In this document: positions 38,271 to 51,700 of the stretch, piece by piece | How the letters are laid out: every line of letters begins with the position of its first letter | Position numbering within the stretch: position 1 is the stretch's first letter | Assembly (NCBI GenBank): GCA_965649765.1 | Contig: OZ287754.1 | Location: 36,828,001-36,892,000, forward strand | From: Bispira polyomma | Lineage: Eukaryota | DNA: 64,000 bases | Reading direction: 5' to 3' | The notes under the pieces: generated by a model | What the model was told of the DNA's origin: nothing | Database searches by the model: none | The model's input: the letters and a program-made list of their open reading frames with translations, nothing else | Program-made: the position numbers and the translations under genes

Positions 38271-40434
38271 AATATTCTACGAAATATTCTAGCTTCTGTG
38301 TCTATTTTGACACAAGTGTACTTTAACTCAGTACAGACAACTACTTAATGTCCTCTACTCACACATATTGCATTAAATAAAAAATATCCTCTACTCACAC
38401 ATATTCTATCAAATAAACTTTTCATAAGTACTAGGGTTTAGACTGACATACAAGTTGAATATCTAGCCAGTGGCTTTTTGGCAAAATAAAACTACTCGTG
38501 TTCAAGGGGCTAGACTCACTTTGACTGTGTATTACATTATCGGTGAATAAGGTTTCCTGTCAAACATTAATGGGAAAACCTTAACAACTACTAATAACAA
38601 ATAAAACAACAACAAAAATATTGTTATATATCATAAAGACGGGTGCAATAGTTAAAAAAATAAAACAGGTTATTTCAGCAAATTCAAACAACTGCTCCTT
38701 CCCTTCAATGCGTTATGTCAATTGCTTTGCGTACAATGCACATTACAACATTTGGTTAATTGATGAAAACATTCCAGGTATAGAACTCTACACAGTAGCA
38801 TCCAGTACAAAAGCAGTACAACATAAACACTACGCATATTGTTTCATACAGTTAACAAACAACTTGCAAATGATGGTTTTATCCCAATTCAAGCATTACA
38901 TGTATAAACACAAGCACCGAAGCAGACATACACAAATAACTTGTTTGAGCCACATTAAAGCAAATGTAACACAGGTTCTCATAGTTATTAAAAGCAGTTA
39001 GCATTGCTACTCTCCAAGGAATAAACTTTTACAATATAAATGACACAAGCATTATTAGGCAGAATGTACAAGTCCGAAGGTAAGAAGAAGGAAGAAGGTG
39101 AAATCTAGAAAACATAACACAAGAGGAGAATGGCCTGGCGGCCATATCATGATAATGCCACAACAAAGCAAGTAGTCCAAAAATAGTGACCCAGTCACTA
39201 GTTAGCGGTCGAAATTGACAAGGACACAGTGGATACATGGTCGGCCTTCAGTGGGCGATAACACAAAATACTAGCAATGTTGTTTACGATTTCATCCTCA
39301 TTTTAATTTTTTCTAAATCCCAAAATAAGAGAATGCTAGCAAAACTGATGTCGGTTACCAGGAAGCGTTCGCTAACAGGACGTTTCACCATATATACGCA
39401 ATATGTTTTACAAGTCGATATTTTTGTTTCGACTCTTTTTGAAGGGGACAATAAGATTTAAATATAGTTTATCCTACATATTATGGAATAAAAAAAAAAA
39501 TTTTAAAAAAAATTAAATTTTAGCGATTTTGTCCAAGTTATAGGTTGGTGACAAAAAAATAATTCTAGCTGGGGCGATTTCGTCCAAACATTTAGGGAAA
39601 AAAAAAAAAAAAAAATATTGAAAAAAAAAAATTATGACCAGTGCGATGTTGTCCAAGTTTCGTTGGGTCTTGTTGATTCGAGGGTCTTGTTGATTAGATT
39701 TTTGCCGTTTTTCTTGATTAAACTAATGTGTTTTGAACCATTTACATTGCAAAATAATATTTTAATATATCTAGATTAAAATACAGCCCGAATTTTCGTG
39801 AAGAACGGTATTTGTAAATGTGAAATAAGCCCACAAAGAAGTGGTTAAAATTCGCGAATTTATGAGACCCAATAAATTGGAGACAAGAATTTTTATTTTG
39901 ACCAGGTTCCCTTGTTGTAGGCTGTATGTGGTACATAAATAGAAACTATATCTCTGTAAAAGTCATAACGAGTCGTATTGTTGTAAAAAACGTCTGGATA
40001 CCAAAAGATAAAGCGTCTAGCATCTTCTATTTTTGCTCACGTCTTCGAGAGAATAAATTACCAAGAGGGTATTGATCGTTTTATACTGCGCATGCTCGGA
40101 AGATCATGTGACCTTACTTCGTACTCTAAATTTCATTCACAAAAACAACGAAAACTATCCATGAATGAACCAGCTGATGAGATCGTTCTAGAAACCGAGA
40201 AACCGGAAGTGGGCGGTAATAGACCCTTCAATCACAGCTCACGATCCCAAAACAGAAAATGGCTGTTTCTCACCCCTTTCTAGCTGTATTAACACCGAAT
40301 CACAAATGAATCGTCACTGTAACAGAATCATTTTTTTTTTTTTTAACTTTTTTTTTAGGTTTATTCCCCCTATTAAATATGTTTTCAGACACCCTGTGCA
40401 GAGGGGAGGGGTTGCAACCCTCTCACAAGGACTT

Positions 40435-40770
40435 TACAAATAACTGCATCTCGCAGGGTGACTTATCTTTACAAAACACGAAAAATTAACTTTGTAAAAG
40501 TGGCCAAAATTTATATTTTTTTATACTAGTAAGAATTATTACAAATAACTGCACCTCGCAGGGTGACTTATCTTTACAAAACACAGAAAATTAACTTATC
40601 TTTACAAAACACAGAAAATTAACGTTGTAAAAGTGGCCAAAATTTATATTTTTTTATACTAGTAAGAATTAATACAAATAACTGCACCTCGCAGGGTGAC
40701 TTATCTTTACAAAACACAGAAAATTAACGTTGTAAAAGTGGCCAAAATTTATATTTTTTTATACTGGTAA
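40435..40770. repeat. Three ~113-bp tandem units in the LINE 3' UTR
   Basis: tacaaataactgcacctcgcagggtgacttatc...ttatactagtaag, 3 copies, one with an internal duplication. Confidence 0.9.
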
Positions 40771-40875
40771 GGGAAAATAAACCATTTTGGTTTTGATGCT
40801 ATGTACATTTCAAGAAAGAAGAACATTTTTTGCAAGGAAGAAAAGTAAAAACTTACACAATAGCTTTCCTGTAGG

Positions 40876-43800
40876 TTAGTCTAGCAAAATTTTTAATAAA
40901 TGCCAATTTCTGTTGAATAATTCCTCCTTAAAATCTAGTTTAGCTACTAGCTTTTGTTCGTCATAGATAGTTTTAACTTTTTGCTGAAATTCCATAATAC
41001 TTAAGTGATGTGAGTGTCTTGAATTGGAATAGATATGGGGTTTAGTGGCTAAAAGAATAATATTGATTGGAAGGAAGTTATTATCAGTATTTAGATATCC
41101 TAAAATGTGTTCCACTGGACCCAGCATTATATTAATACCTGTCTTGGTCTTGATCCATTCTTTTACATTTTTCCAAAAGTTTACAGTCACTGGACAAAGA
41201 GAGAAGAGATGAATTATAGATTCTGGAGAGGATTTACACAGTAAGCAATTTGGAGATGACACCATGCCTATTTTATTAAGTAGTTTCTGGGTACCAAGAA
41301 TACGATGCAAGATTCTGTACTGAAACCAAATAAGGTAGTTGTCCTGGATTGTTTTAAAACATGTTTTGAATGCCTGTTGCCATGTACCTTCATCAATATT
41401 TAAGTTAAGCTCAATTTTCCATTTATTTTTAAAGTTCATGTCCAAGCAGGTCTTATTCAGAAGTTTATAAAATCGTTTGGCTCCTTGGTTGCGACAAAAT
41501 AAAGCTGTTAATTGATTTGGTAGACAAGGTTGCTGGAAGTGAAAGTGATCATCCTTTTTACATTTCCTTACAAAAGATTGAACACACGACACGATTTGAC
41601 TCTTAGGTATTCTAGAAAGTTGGTTTTCAAAGGGTTGTATCGTTGTTCTATTTCTCTTTGGCTGATAACATTGCCATTACTATCAATCAGATCTCCAACA
41701 AGGTTTATTCCATGTTTAGTCCAATGGGGAAGATTGAGAGTTATTTCTAAAATTTTAGGGTTATACCAAATTGTTGAGGACAAAATATCATTGTTGTCAT
41801 TTATCGGTTGTATTTCACAAACATTGGCCCATAAAACCATAATTTCTTTCCAGAAATCATTGTGTGAGCTTTTGAATGAAGTTTTACACCATGAAGAACC
41901 ATATATTGAAATTTTTGAAATTGGAAGGATTGTTTTTTCAAAAAGTGTTAACCAGGCTGGAGTTTCACTTTTAAAAAGGCGATTCATCCATGTCAGTTTT
42001 AAAGATTGGATAAAGTACTCCAAGTTTACCATTCTTATGCCACCACTAATATAGTCTTGTGTAATGTATTCACGTTTAATTTTGTCAGGTTTATTACCCG
42101 ATATATATATGCAAACAGACAAGAATTCATCTGTTTCAAGAAAGTTTTATCGGGTGAAGGGATCACCATAAACAGGTGGTTAATTTTGACAGAACAAAGG
42201 TTTTTATGACAGTTATTTTTCCAAAAGGAGTCAAATTACGTTTTTTCCAATTTGTGAAGGTTTTCTTAGACTTTTGTAATGCATTAGAGTAGTTCAAGGT
42301 AATCATTTCTTTAAGGTCAACAGAAAATATAATACCTAGCAAATTAAAGTGTGTAGTTCCCCAGTCTAATTTGAAGGAAACCTGTAATTTATCCTTAGAA
42401 TATTTCTTCCTTCCAATCCATATAATTTTAGTTTCATTAGTGTTCATTTTTAAGCCTGAAAATGTTCCAAAGACTTCAATGGTATTGAGGGCAGCCTCTA
42501 AGGAGCTCTGTGAACCATCAAGAATAAGAGTTGTGTCGTCGGCAAACTGTGTCATTTTTATCTTGTCAGTTTCAGCTATTATTCCTTTGATTTCAAAATT
42601 GATATGTATCAGATAATGTAACATTTGACCACACAGAATATATAAATAAGGAGCAATAGGATCCCCTTGTTTACATCCTCTTTCAATTTTAAAAAAATCT
42701 GACTTGACTCCTACTTGAAGAATTGCAGTTACAAAATCTGTATTCATTAATTTAATCCAACAAATAAAACTTTCTCCAAAGCCTAAAAATTCTAGTGTGT
42801 TGTACATAAATTTCCAAGAAATTGAATCGAAAGCTTTCTCAAAATCTATCAGCATCAGTAACCCATTCTTATTTTTTTTTTCAGTATAATTCATGATGTC
42901 ATATATCAGTCTGGTTGAGTCACCAATATAGCGTCCTTTTATAAAGCCTGTTTGTGACTTTGAAATCAACTTATCCAGTACAGTCTTAAGTCTTTCTCCT
43001 ATGGCTGACGCAACCAATTTATACAGAACACTCAACAGTGAAACAGGACGTCAATTTTTCAAAAATTCTCTGGATTTGTCGCCTTTGGGGATGCAGTTGA
43101 TAATTGACTGACGTAAAGACACAGAGAGTTTACCCTTGATATTACAACAGTTGAGAGCCTTAAGTACTAAGATTTTCAACTTGGGCCAAAAGACTTTAAA
43201 AAATTCACAAGGAAAACCATTAATACCAGGGGTTTTATTATTGCTCATTTTCTTTAAGGCATTACTTAGTTCAATCATAGTCAAAGGTCCTTCAAGGGAG
43301 AGAGCTTCAGATTTAGCAAGTTTCATAACAAAGTGATCTTGAAAAATTTCTAAAAAGGTTAATATCAGGTATATCTTTATCCCTACTTTTAAACAATTGA
43401 GCATAAAATTCTTTAACTTGGTTTAAAATACCAGCTTGACTGGTAATAGTCTCTCCATTTTGAAGGCATACCTTTTTAATTGTTTTGTCTATGAAGTTTT
43501 TACGTTCCAGACCACAGAAAAACCTCGATGGTTTCTCACCTAACTGTAGCCACTTTACTCTGAATCGTACTATATGTCCTGTCATTTTTATTTTTCGCAA
43601 GTTTAATAATTCTGTTTTTTTTATTTCTAAAATTTCTAAAGATTCTAGTGTTCTATTTATACTTTCAATGTTATCTATATCTTTCAACACGTGTTTTTCT
43701 CGAGTTATTTCAGCTTTTTTCAGGGCAGAAGCAAATTTAATAGTAATGGTTCTGATTTTTAGTAGTAGCATTTCTAACAGTAGATCATCTTCAATTGTAA

Positions 43801-44692
43801 ATTGCATTTCAAAATCATTGTCCCTGTTAAGATAGTCAAAGCTATAAACAGGGGCTGCATATTGTGATTTTATTTCCTGAATGGCCTTGTTGACTATCTG
43901 TATATAACTTTCATTTTTCAGAAGACCACAGTTGAATTTCCACAGATCTTTACCCCGCTGAAAATTGTTTATCATTATACTAAGTTCAAGAATTGAATGG
44001 TCAAATCTATAACCGGGTACTATTTTACAGCTAGATACGAGGTCTGTGAAGGGCCCATACAAAATAAAATAATCTAGTCTGGCTTGTTTGATTGGGTTTT
44101 TCCGCCTCCAGGTATATCTTTGAAGATCTGGATGTAGATGTCTAAATGCATCTATTAAACTACGAGTATTTAACATTTCCAATACTTCATTTCTTGACTT
44201 TGGGTTATTAATGCCGATATAATTAAAGCTATCCAGTTTTGGGTCCAGAACTAGATTCAAATCTCCACAAATTATGAGGTAGTCTTGTTCATTTTTCTTA
44301 ACTTGTTCGCTCATATTTTTGAAAAATTCTGGAGTATCAGAGTTTGGTGCATAAACATTAATTAATCTAACAGCGATTGATGCTATATCAAGGTCAATCA
44401 GAAGGAAGTTACCAACTGAATCACATTTAATATTATGGATCTTGTATTCAAAATTATTTTTAATAAGTATGGCGACACCTCTCGAATTAGTTCTTGCTCC
44501 AGATACAAAACATTCACAGCCAGACAATGACCTCAGTTCATTTTCGTCATTTTCAATCAAGTGGGTGTTCTGGAGACAGATTATACTAGGGTTAAAATGA
44601 TTAAAATAATTTATAACATCTGCTCTTTTGGATCTATCTCTTAAGCCCTGACAGTTTGCCGACATTATTTTAACTTGGTCACCTAATATCAT
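40876..44692 (-). pseudogene. LINE ORF2: APE endonuclease, reverse transcriptase and C-terminal zinc finger (frameshifts and stops)
   Basis: APE: SANCQGL, NVYAPN, ICGDLN, TWRR, RLDYF, DHS. RT: IDFEKAFDS, RGCKQGDPIAP, QFADD. Zinc finger: CLLC...ESIIHLFSLC. Confidence 0.95.
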
Positions 44693-46224
44693 AGCTGTAG
44701 GTGTTCACAGAAGCTCCTTGAGGCATGCTTAGAATATACAAAGACATTTGGTCACTTATGGAATTCTTTTCAATGGTTTTTAGCATGTAGCACAAATAGA
44801 AAAAACATAACATTAAAGGTTGGAAGCATATGTAGTATAATATATTCTTAATGACAGATTCAAGCAAGTTAGTGGTAAATGAACTTCTTTCTTGTATAAC
44901 CAAAAAAAACAAAACAGAACAAATATGTATAAGAATAACGGACTAAATCTGAGAAATACATTGAAATAATAAGGAACATTAAAGTTAAATAGTAAATAGA
45001 ACACATTATGTACAAAACCAAATATAAAGAAGAAAAGAAAAGAGAGAAAAAAATTATTGATGACTATAATATACAAGCAGTTGGTTAGCAGACCGTAGGA
45101 AATATAAAGGAACAAGGACAGTCTGCAAAAAAAAATATCACTTGTATTTAAGACAGAGTCTTTAATTATTAAAAAATTTAACATTCACATTTCGAAGTTG
45201 ATCTTCTCAAGTTTACTTATTAGTAATTTTTAGTTTTATGTAGAATACTGTATATCAAAAAAAGTAAAAAGTGTTTAAGTTTAATTGTCAGTTTCACAAT
45301 AAAGTTCACAGATCAGATTATGAATTTTTACATTCATGTATTATATTATGCATAAACTACAATTAATATATGGTACAATTCTATTGATGTATGTACATAT
45401 GTAGGTGGATCCCAAAACCTGTGGTGACCGAACAACCATAAAAAAAATTTGTTATAGATCTTGTCAAATTGGATTTGTAAGTCAGTGATCAATCAGTACT
45501 TGGTCTAAATGAAAAGATATACTATATGACATAGAGCCTATTAATTACTACTGCAATTCTAGTAAAAATAATAATTTAATTCAGTGATTCAAACCATTTG
45601 TACCATTTATATGTGTTTAAAGATGTTAAAATGCTAAAAATGTTTATTAATTCAAGAATTTAAAAAAAAACCAGAGGGTCATTTAGTACTGCTTTAAACT
45701 TTAGTAGATACTAGGGATGGCCATATATTTAATTTTTATTTTTTTAAAACTATATACTTTTTGTGGAAGTGACAATAATTCAACACATGCATGACTTTGA
45801 TGTATTTTACAAGAGTTTGAGAGAGTGCATAAAATACACTACCAACAGAGGGAAAGTTTTAGAGTAAGACTAATAATAGTAGGGATGAGATTGGGACATC
45901 GAGTATAGGTATACAAATTAACAAAGGAAACTGGTAGAGTAAAAGTAGTAATAGAAAGGATGGCTTTAACAGACTGAGTAGAGTTTTACAAATTAACTAT
46001 TGATTCAACTTCTGATGTTGACAACAACAGTAAACATGGTATGAAAAAATAAAGGTAGTACATGCAGTTGTACAGCCTTTTACAATATGTATCCGGCTCA
46101 TGCCTGTAGCATGTTGCTACTTCTGTTCATAATGTACAAGTTGAAATTATTTTGTATATATAGTTAAACCACCTTAAAATCTAACCAGACACATGTGTAT
46201 TAAAGATTGTAGCAGTTGTAAGTT

Positions 46225-47574
46225 TCAAAGGTTAGAACGAATTTCTTCTAGTAGAGTACCAAGAGTGTTTTTCCCTAACCATTTCTGTGGATCCCAAATA
46301 TATATACTAGATAATGAGAGTCCAGCACCCCAGTACCTGTCGTGTGGGTTAGCCTCAACTAACCTGTTATTTCCAGTAGTTTTTAGAAAGTTTGCCAGAT
46401 CTTGATTTTGAGTGAATTTAGCAATCAAACCTGTTTTCATAAGTTCATCACACACAGACCACCAGGAAGCCCCATCGAAGTTTTGCACCTGTCGACCCAG
46501 AGATTTGGCTGTTTTGGGATCTGAGGTATGTAAGATGTCATCTGCTGTCTTGTCATCATGGAATTGAGAAGCTTTGCTGAACATGAAGTACTGCTCAACA
46601 GAGGAGAACTTCTGCTTGTGCACAACAATATTGCAGGGGTAGTGGTTAGACAGGGGCGATTTGTCAGTGAAGAAACCAGTAATATTGTTTTTAGAGACTG
46701 TAGCAAGGTTTGCGGGGTTGAGATCGGCGGGCAGTTTATCCATGTCATCTACTGTGTATTGCCTATCATTAACAAGAAGTTTATCCAAAACCAGTTTGGC
46801 TTTGTACTTGCCATTGGACTGGAAAGCAGCTTGTATGACTGGGGTGAAGGCCTTTCGGCGCGCGAGAACTTCTACGGGGAAATCCTCCACCACTAGGATG
46901 CCTCTACTACGAAAGCTGGCCTTTTCTTTTAAGATTCTCAGTTTGTCCTTAAAATGGTTGAGCTTAATAATGATAGCTCTCTTATTGTCTCTAGTTGGGC
47001 CAATACGATGTATTCTGACAATGTCTCTTCCTTCAAGATGTATTCCTTGACTTTGACAAAGGTTAAGTACTATTGCTTCACAATCTTCAGTGGAGCCTAT
47101 TCTATCGTTGCTGAGCTCTACATTGAGGAATTTGAGGTTGGCACGTCGCATATGACCCTCCAGAGACACAAGTCTGTCAGTTAACTTTGTAATTGCACAA
47201 TCCGTAGCTTGCTATTTTCTCTTCAGTTCAGTATTCTCTGCAACTAGCTCAACTATTTTCCCTCCTAGAGAATCATTGATGGAGTCTAACCTTGCACTAA
47301 AGGTATTGATAGAGCTTTTAATGTCACTGAGGTCTCTATCCGCTGTTTTTAATGTGGTTTCACAAGAAGCCATAAACTGCTTCATTTTATCCATGTCCTC
47401 GTATAGTGGGGATAGTTGTTGGTGTAGTACTGAACGCAGAGTTGCCATAGATAAGTGTGGAGAGAGAGGGGAAACTGAGGCATGATCCCTTTTGGGAGTT
47501 TTTGTAGGAGCACCAGAGCTTGTTCTTCTGAAACTTTGAGCTATTGTTTTGTTGGTACCTGTTCTGTTAGCCAT
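46225..47574 (-). CDS. LINE ORF1p (coiled coil, RRM-like and CTD) fused to a C-terminal NADAR/YbiA-like domain; one in-frame TAG at 47212-47214
   Basis: ORFs 47212-47574 and 46225-47169 are in the same frame (449 codons). ORF1 motifs: RRANLKF, RIHRIG, IIIKL, VVEDFP...RRK. NADAR at ~46674-46228: SPLSN, SVEQYF..SKA..F.D, P..AK.LGR, KFTQN, LVEANPHDRYWGAG, GKNTLG..L.EIR. Confidence 0.88.
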
Positions 47575-47929
47575 AGCGTGCAGGAATTATAAGAGATTAT
47601 AAATAATGTTTATTACAGCTAGTATTCTCAACAAACTAGGGTTAATTATCATAGATTATTTATGTGAATCATGAAGTATCCTTGAGGTCAGTGAAATACA
47701 TAGAACATTTCAGTATTTGTTTACAGATATTTGGGTCATTCAGTGTAACATTTTACTTGACAAGCTTGTGTCAATAACATGAATTCTGCCCTTGTTCCTA
47801 TAAGGGTTAATTAGTACTAATGTTTACATTGTATTCTGATGTAGCACAAACTAATTAATTAAATTGTAGTGCATAAAGTCAGTATCATTAACAGAATCAT
47901 TATGTATACCAAATATGAAAGCTGAAATC

Positions 47930-48560
47930 CTTGTAAGTTCTGAGATTACCCTGTCTACAGAATTTGACGATGATATAACCGTGGTTACTACCTTTCTTCC
48001 CCTATAACCTCCCCCCCCCCCCCCCCCCCTATCTTTGTCATTTTTCAAAAAAATTTTTTTTAGATCATGGCGTTCATCTTGTTTTTCGGAATGGGCCAAA
48101 TACAATCCCATGCTATTAACATAATACACCTTCACAACAAATTTGGTAATGATAGCTGCAATACCTTTCCTTTAAATGTCTGGAAACTGTTTCCAAAATG
48201 GCGGCCATCTTTTTTTTCGGAATGGGCCCAAATACAATCCTAACTGAGCTATTGACATGATACACCTCCACAACAAATTGAGAGATGATAGCCGAAATAC
48301 TTTTCCTTTAAATGTCTGTAAACCTTTTTCAAGAAGGGGGCCGTGGTGGCCAGCTTGTTTTTTGGAATGGGCCTAAATACAATTCCAACCAAGCTATTGA
48401 CATAATACATCTCCACAACAAATTTGGTGCTGATACCTCACATAGTTTTCCTTTAAATGTCCGAAAGCCAAAATGTTGATGGACAGACAGATGGACGGAC
48501 GAACGTCGGACACATTAATCTAATAAGCGCGTTAGTCACATACAACCCGCCGAACAAAAA
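47930..48560 (+). mobile_element. Helentron-associated (HINE/pearl-like) non-autonomous element
   Basis: Three ~130-145-bp internal tandem units (ttcggaatgggccaaatacaatcc...), a (GGAC/AGAC)n microsatellite at ~48480-48510 and a 3' GC palindrome; boundaries approximate. Confidence 0.55.
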
Positions 48561-48731
48561 GGAGAAAGAGATTTCTCCCAGAGAGGAAGTCAGTGCACTG
48601 AAACCAAATATCATTCGGCAAAAGTATGCAAGGATAATGTGGAAGACCAGTTCAATGTAAGTCAACAAGTAGCCTAATATCATGGGTTTGCCTAGATGAC
48701 TCGAACGTCTAACGTAAAGAGACAAAACCAC

Positions 48732-51700
48732 TTATTTTGCTATACTTTGTCCATATTTGACTTTTCCACCTTGTACCACACTGAAATCAAAGCCGGGCGG
48801 TGCCTCAAACAGCAGTACAATGGTAGAGCCCAGGTTAAAGTCCCCCATCTGTTGTCCCTTAGTCAGAGATACACCCTTGTGTTTCTTGGTCACAAAACTA
48901 ACGTCTTGGAACAGTCCCATCTCACTGCTACTTCTCTGGTTGGTTTTTAGTGTCTGAAATACAGGTAGACCGTGTTATATAAGACAGGGTAAGAGATCAA
49001 ATACCTAATACAGGTAGACCGTGTTATATAAGGCAGGGTAAGAGATCAAATACCTAATACAGGTAGACCGTGTTATATAAGGCAGGGTAAGAGATCAAAT
49101 ACCTAGTACAGGTAGACCGTGTTATATAAGGCAGGGTAAGAGATCAAACACCAAATACAGGTAGACCGTGTTATATAAGGCAGGGTAAGGGATCAAACAC
49201 CTAATACAGGTAGACCGTGTTATATAAGACAGGGTAAGGGATAGAACACCAAATACAGGTAGACCGTGTTATATAAGGCAGGGTAAGGGATCAAATACCT
49301 AATACAGGTAGACCGTGTTATATAAGACAGGGTAAGGGATTGAACACCTAATACAGGTAGACCGTGTTATATAAGGCAGGGTAAGGGATTGAACACCTAA
49401 TACAGGTAGACCGTGGTATATAAGGCGGGGTAAGGGATCAAACACCAAATATAGGTAGACTGTGTTATATAAGACAGGGTAAGAGATCAAATACCTAATA
49501 CAGGTAGACCGTGTTATATAAGGCGGGGTAAGGGATCAAACACCAAATATAGGTAGACGGTGTTATATAAGGCAGGGTAAGGGATTGAACACCTAATACA
49601 GATAGACCGCGATTGGGTTTGCTCCCCGACCTCCCCGATTTTGAGGTCGGAGACACGTACGGGGATGTCGGGGAGCAAAAACGGGGTGGTCGGGAAGGTC
49701 GGGAAGAATATCAAAAAAGTTAGAAATTTTGAAAATGGTCCCGACTTTTAGTCCCGGACCTCAAAATCGGGACCATCAATACATTCGATCCTATTGGCGA
49801 TACGTTCTGTCGGCTAAGTTGAGACGCACTGTCAGCCTTTTCTAACGCTGGCCCGTCGAAACGTATAGGTCGGGGGGCGAAAACGGGGTGGTCTGGAAGG
49901 TCGTGAAGAATAAAATGTAAGAAAACACATAAAAAGCCTAATTTGCCAGTCTCGATAATGGAAATCAGTTTAAAAGTTTACCTTACCTTTGAGACATTGA
50001 ACCCACTTCTGGTACAGTTCATGTACGCGAACGATGAATTTTTTTGCTGTAATTTACACCAAACTTCTATCAAAAATGAGGTCTAAACAGTTATTATTTC
50101 TTCTATTTTAGTTGCAATAAGCCTATTTTGTCAGTAATTTTTACCATAATCGTCTCGACTTTGACTTTTAATACGTTCGATCTTTATGGTCTGGGTAGTG
50201 AATCCGTCAGATCCTATTGGCGATACTTTCGATCCTAGGGCGATAAGTCAGATTCTATCACCAGTAAGTTCGATCCTATATAGGTTCAAGTAAGATCGGG
50301 GTCAGCGTCCCGTTCGGTCGGAATGGTCGCCCATATTTCAATTTTCCCGCCTAAAAATGGATTTTATTGATTTTTTCGCCCCGACTTTCCTGACTTTAAA
50401 ATCGGGCCCATTTTGCTGATCGAACTTGGATATGGAACCCCCCTCAAACAATACTACTTAGAAGAGATCAAACTTATCTGATCTAGTCTTTTTATGTGCT
50501 AAATCTTCCCTCTAGTGAAACTCAAAGCGCCATAACATCCTAATCAAAGGCAAAGGAATAAGAGGGGCATGGCCAAGGTCGTCAACAAGAAGATTAGTAT
50601 AACATCAAAATCCTCCAGTAAACATTGGTGCCAAATATGATTCAACAGGACGAGGTTGTGTCCTTAATTTTGGTTGGTCAAAAAAGATAGTAAAATCCAG
50701 AACACACACGTCCTACACCCATATATCCCTGGCTTGTCATGGGTTATTCAGAAAACATCTTTACTTTTCTTTAGACATGAAGTTCTTGAAATCTAATCTA
50801 ACCCACTTTTCTTTTGACAAGAAGTTCTTGAAATCTAGTCTGACCAAGATAGATGTCCACCAGACATGTGGAGTGACACGAATGGTAGTGTATTCATTTT
50901 TAGTCTGTAATTTTACCTGACATTTGAATAATGCAAGAGACCTTCTTAAATAGCAACAATTAAATTGATAAATGACAAATCTTTGTAGATTGGAAATTTG
51001 TTCATAAAAGTGGTTAAATAATAGTAGTTAGATTGTATACTACTTCAGTGAATGTGTCTTGGTCGATACGTGGGTCTTTAGACACAGGTTCAAATATATT
51101 CAGAAAACATAAGTAAAGGATAATTTGAAAGAAGAAACTGTGGTATAATAACCAGATATCTCCTAATTTAGTAAGAGGTGGATGGGTCAAGTTAGTAAAT
51201 TGGTATCTTATTGGGTGGATTGGTTTTTATTTATATAATAATAATAATTTAATAATTACAGTATTTAATGTGCCAATATCTATCTAAAGATAATCACGGA
51301 CACTACAAATTATTACCCCAAATTATAAGGTCCAGTTTGCACTCTAGTCACCCCATTTTACAAGGAATTGGTTCCTTGGACAACCTACACAAACCCACAA
51401 CACCCATAAGTGAATTCTGGAGGCTACCCACCAGTATCCCATTGTAAACCCACACCAGGTACCTGTGGAAAATGTCCATTGCCAGACATTCATCCGATAA
51501 CAAGGCGCATTCATACTTTTTTCTCATCCAACAGTTATTCTGCTGCAACTGTACACCAAAATCTTCACCTCAGAGTTTCACCATTTTAATTTGAGACATT
51601 ATAACGCATCTGATGAGCCTCTTATGCAAAACCCCATGTCACAAATTTTACTTAGGTAATCTGTTTTGTACACCATTTGGACAGCAGATTCTCAGTCTGG

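Larger units (their letters stand above)
40333..47888 (-). mobile_element. Full-length L1/Tx1-clade LINE (~7.55 kb) with a NADAR-fused ORF1
   Basis: 13-bp TSD TAACAGAATCATT at 40320-40332 and 47889-47901. Poly(A) tail (T runs 40331-40356 on +) preceded by AATAAA (40360-40365 on -). ORF1 and APE-RT-zf ORF2 present. Confidence 0.93.

Noticed and set aside
39334-40290. Possible DNA transposon next to the LINE 3' end
   Set aside because: CpG-richer sequence, but no convincing TIR or TSD pair identified
46225-46674. NADAR as bacterial contamination or a stand-alone ybiA gene
   Set aside because: It is fused in frame to LINE ORF1 motifs and lies inside the TSD-bounded element
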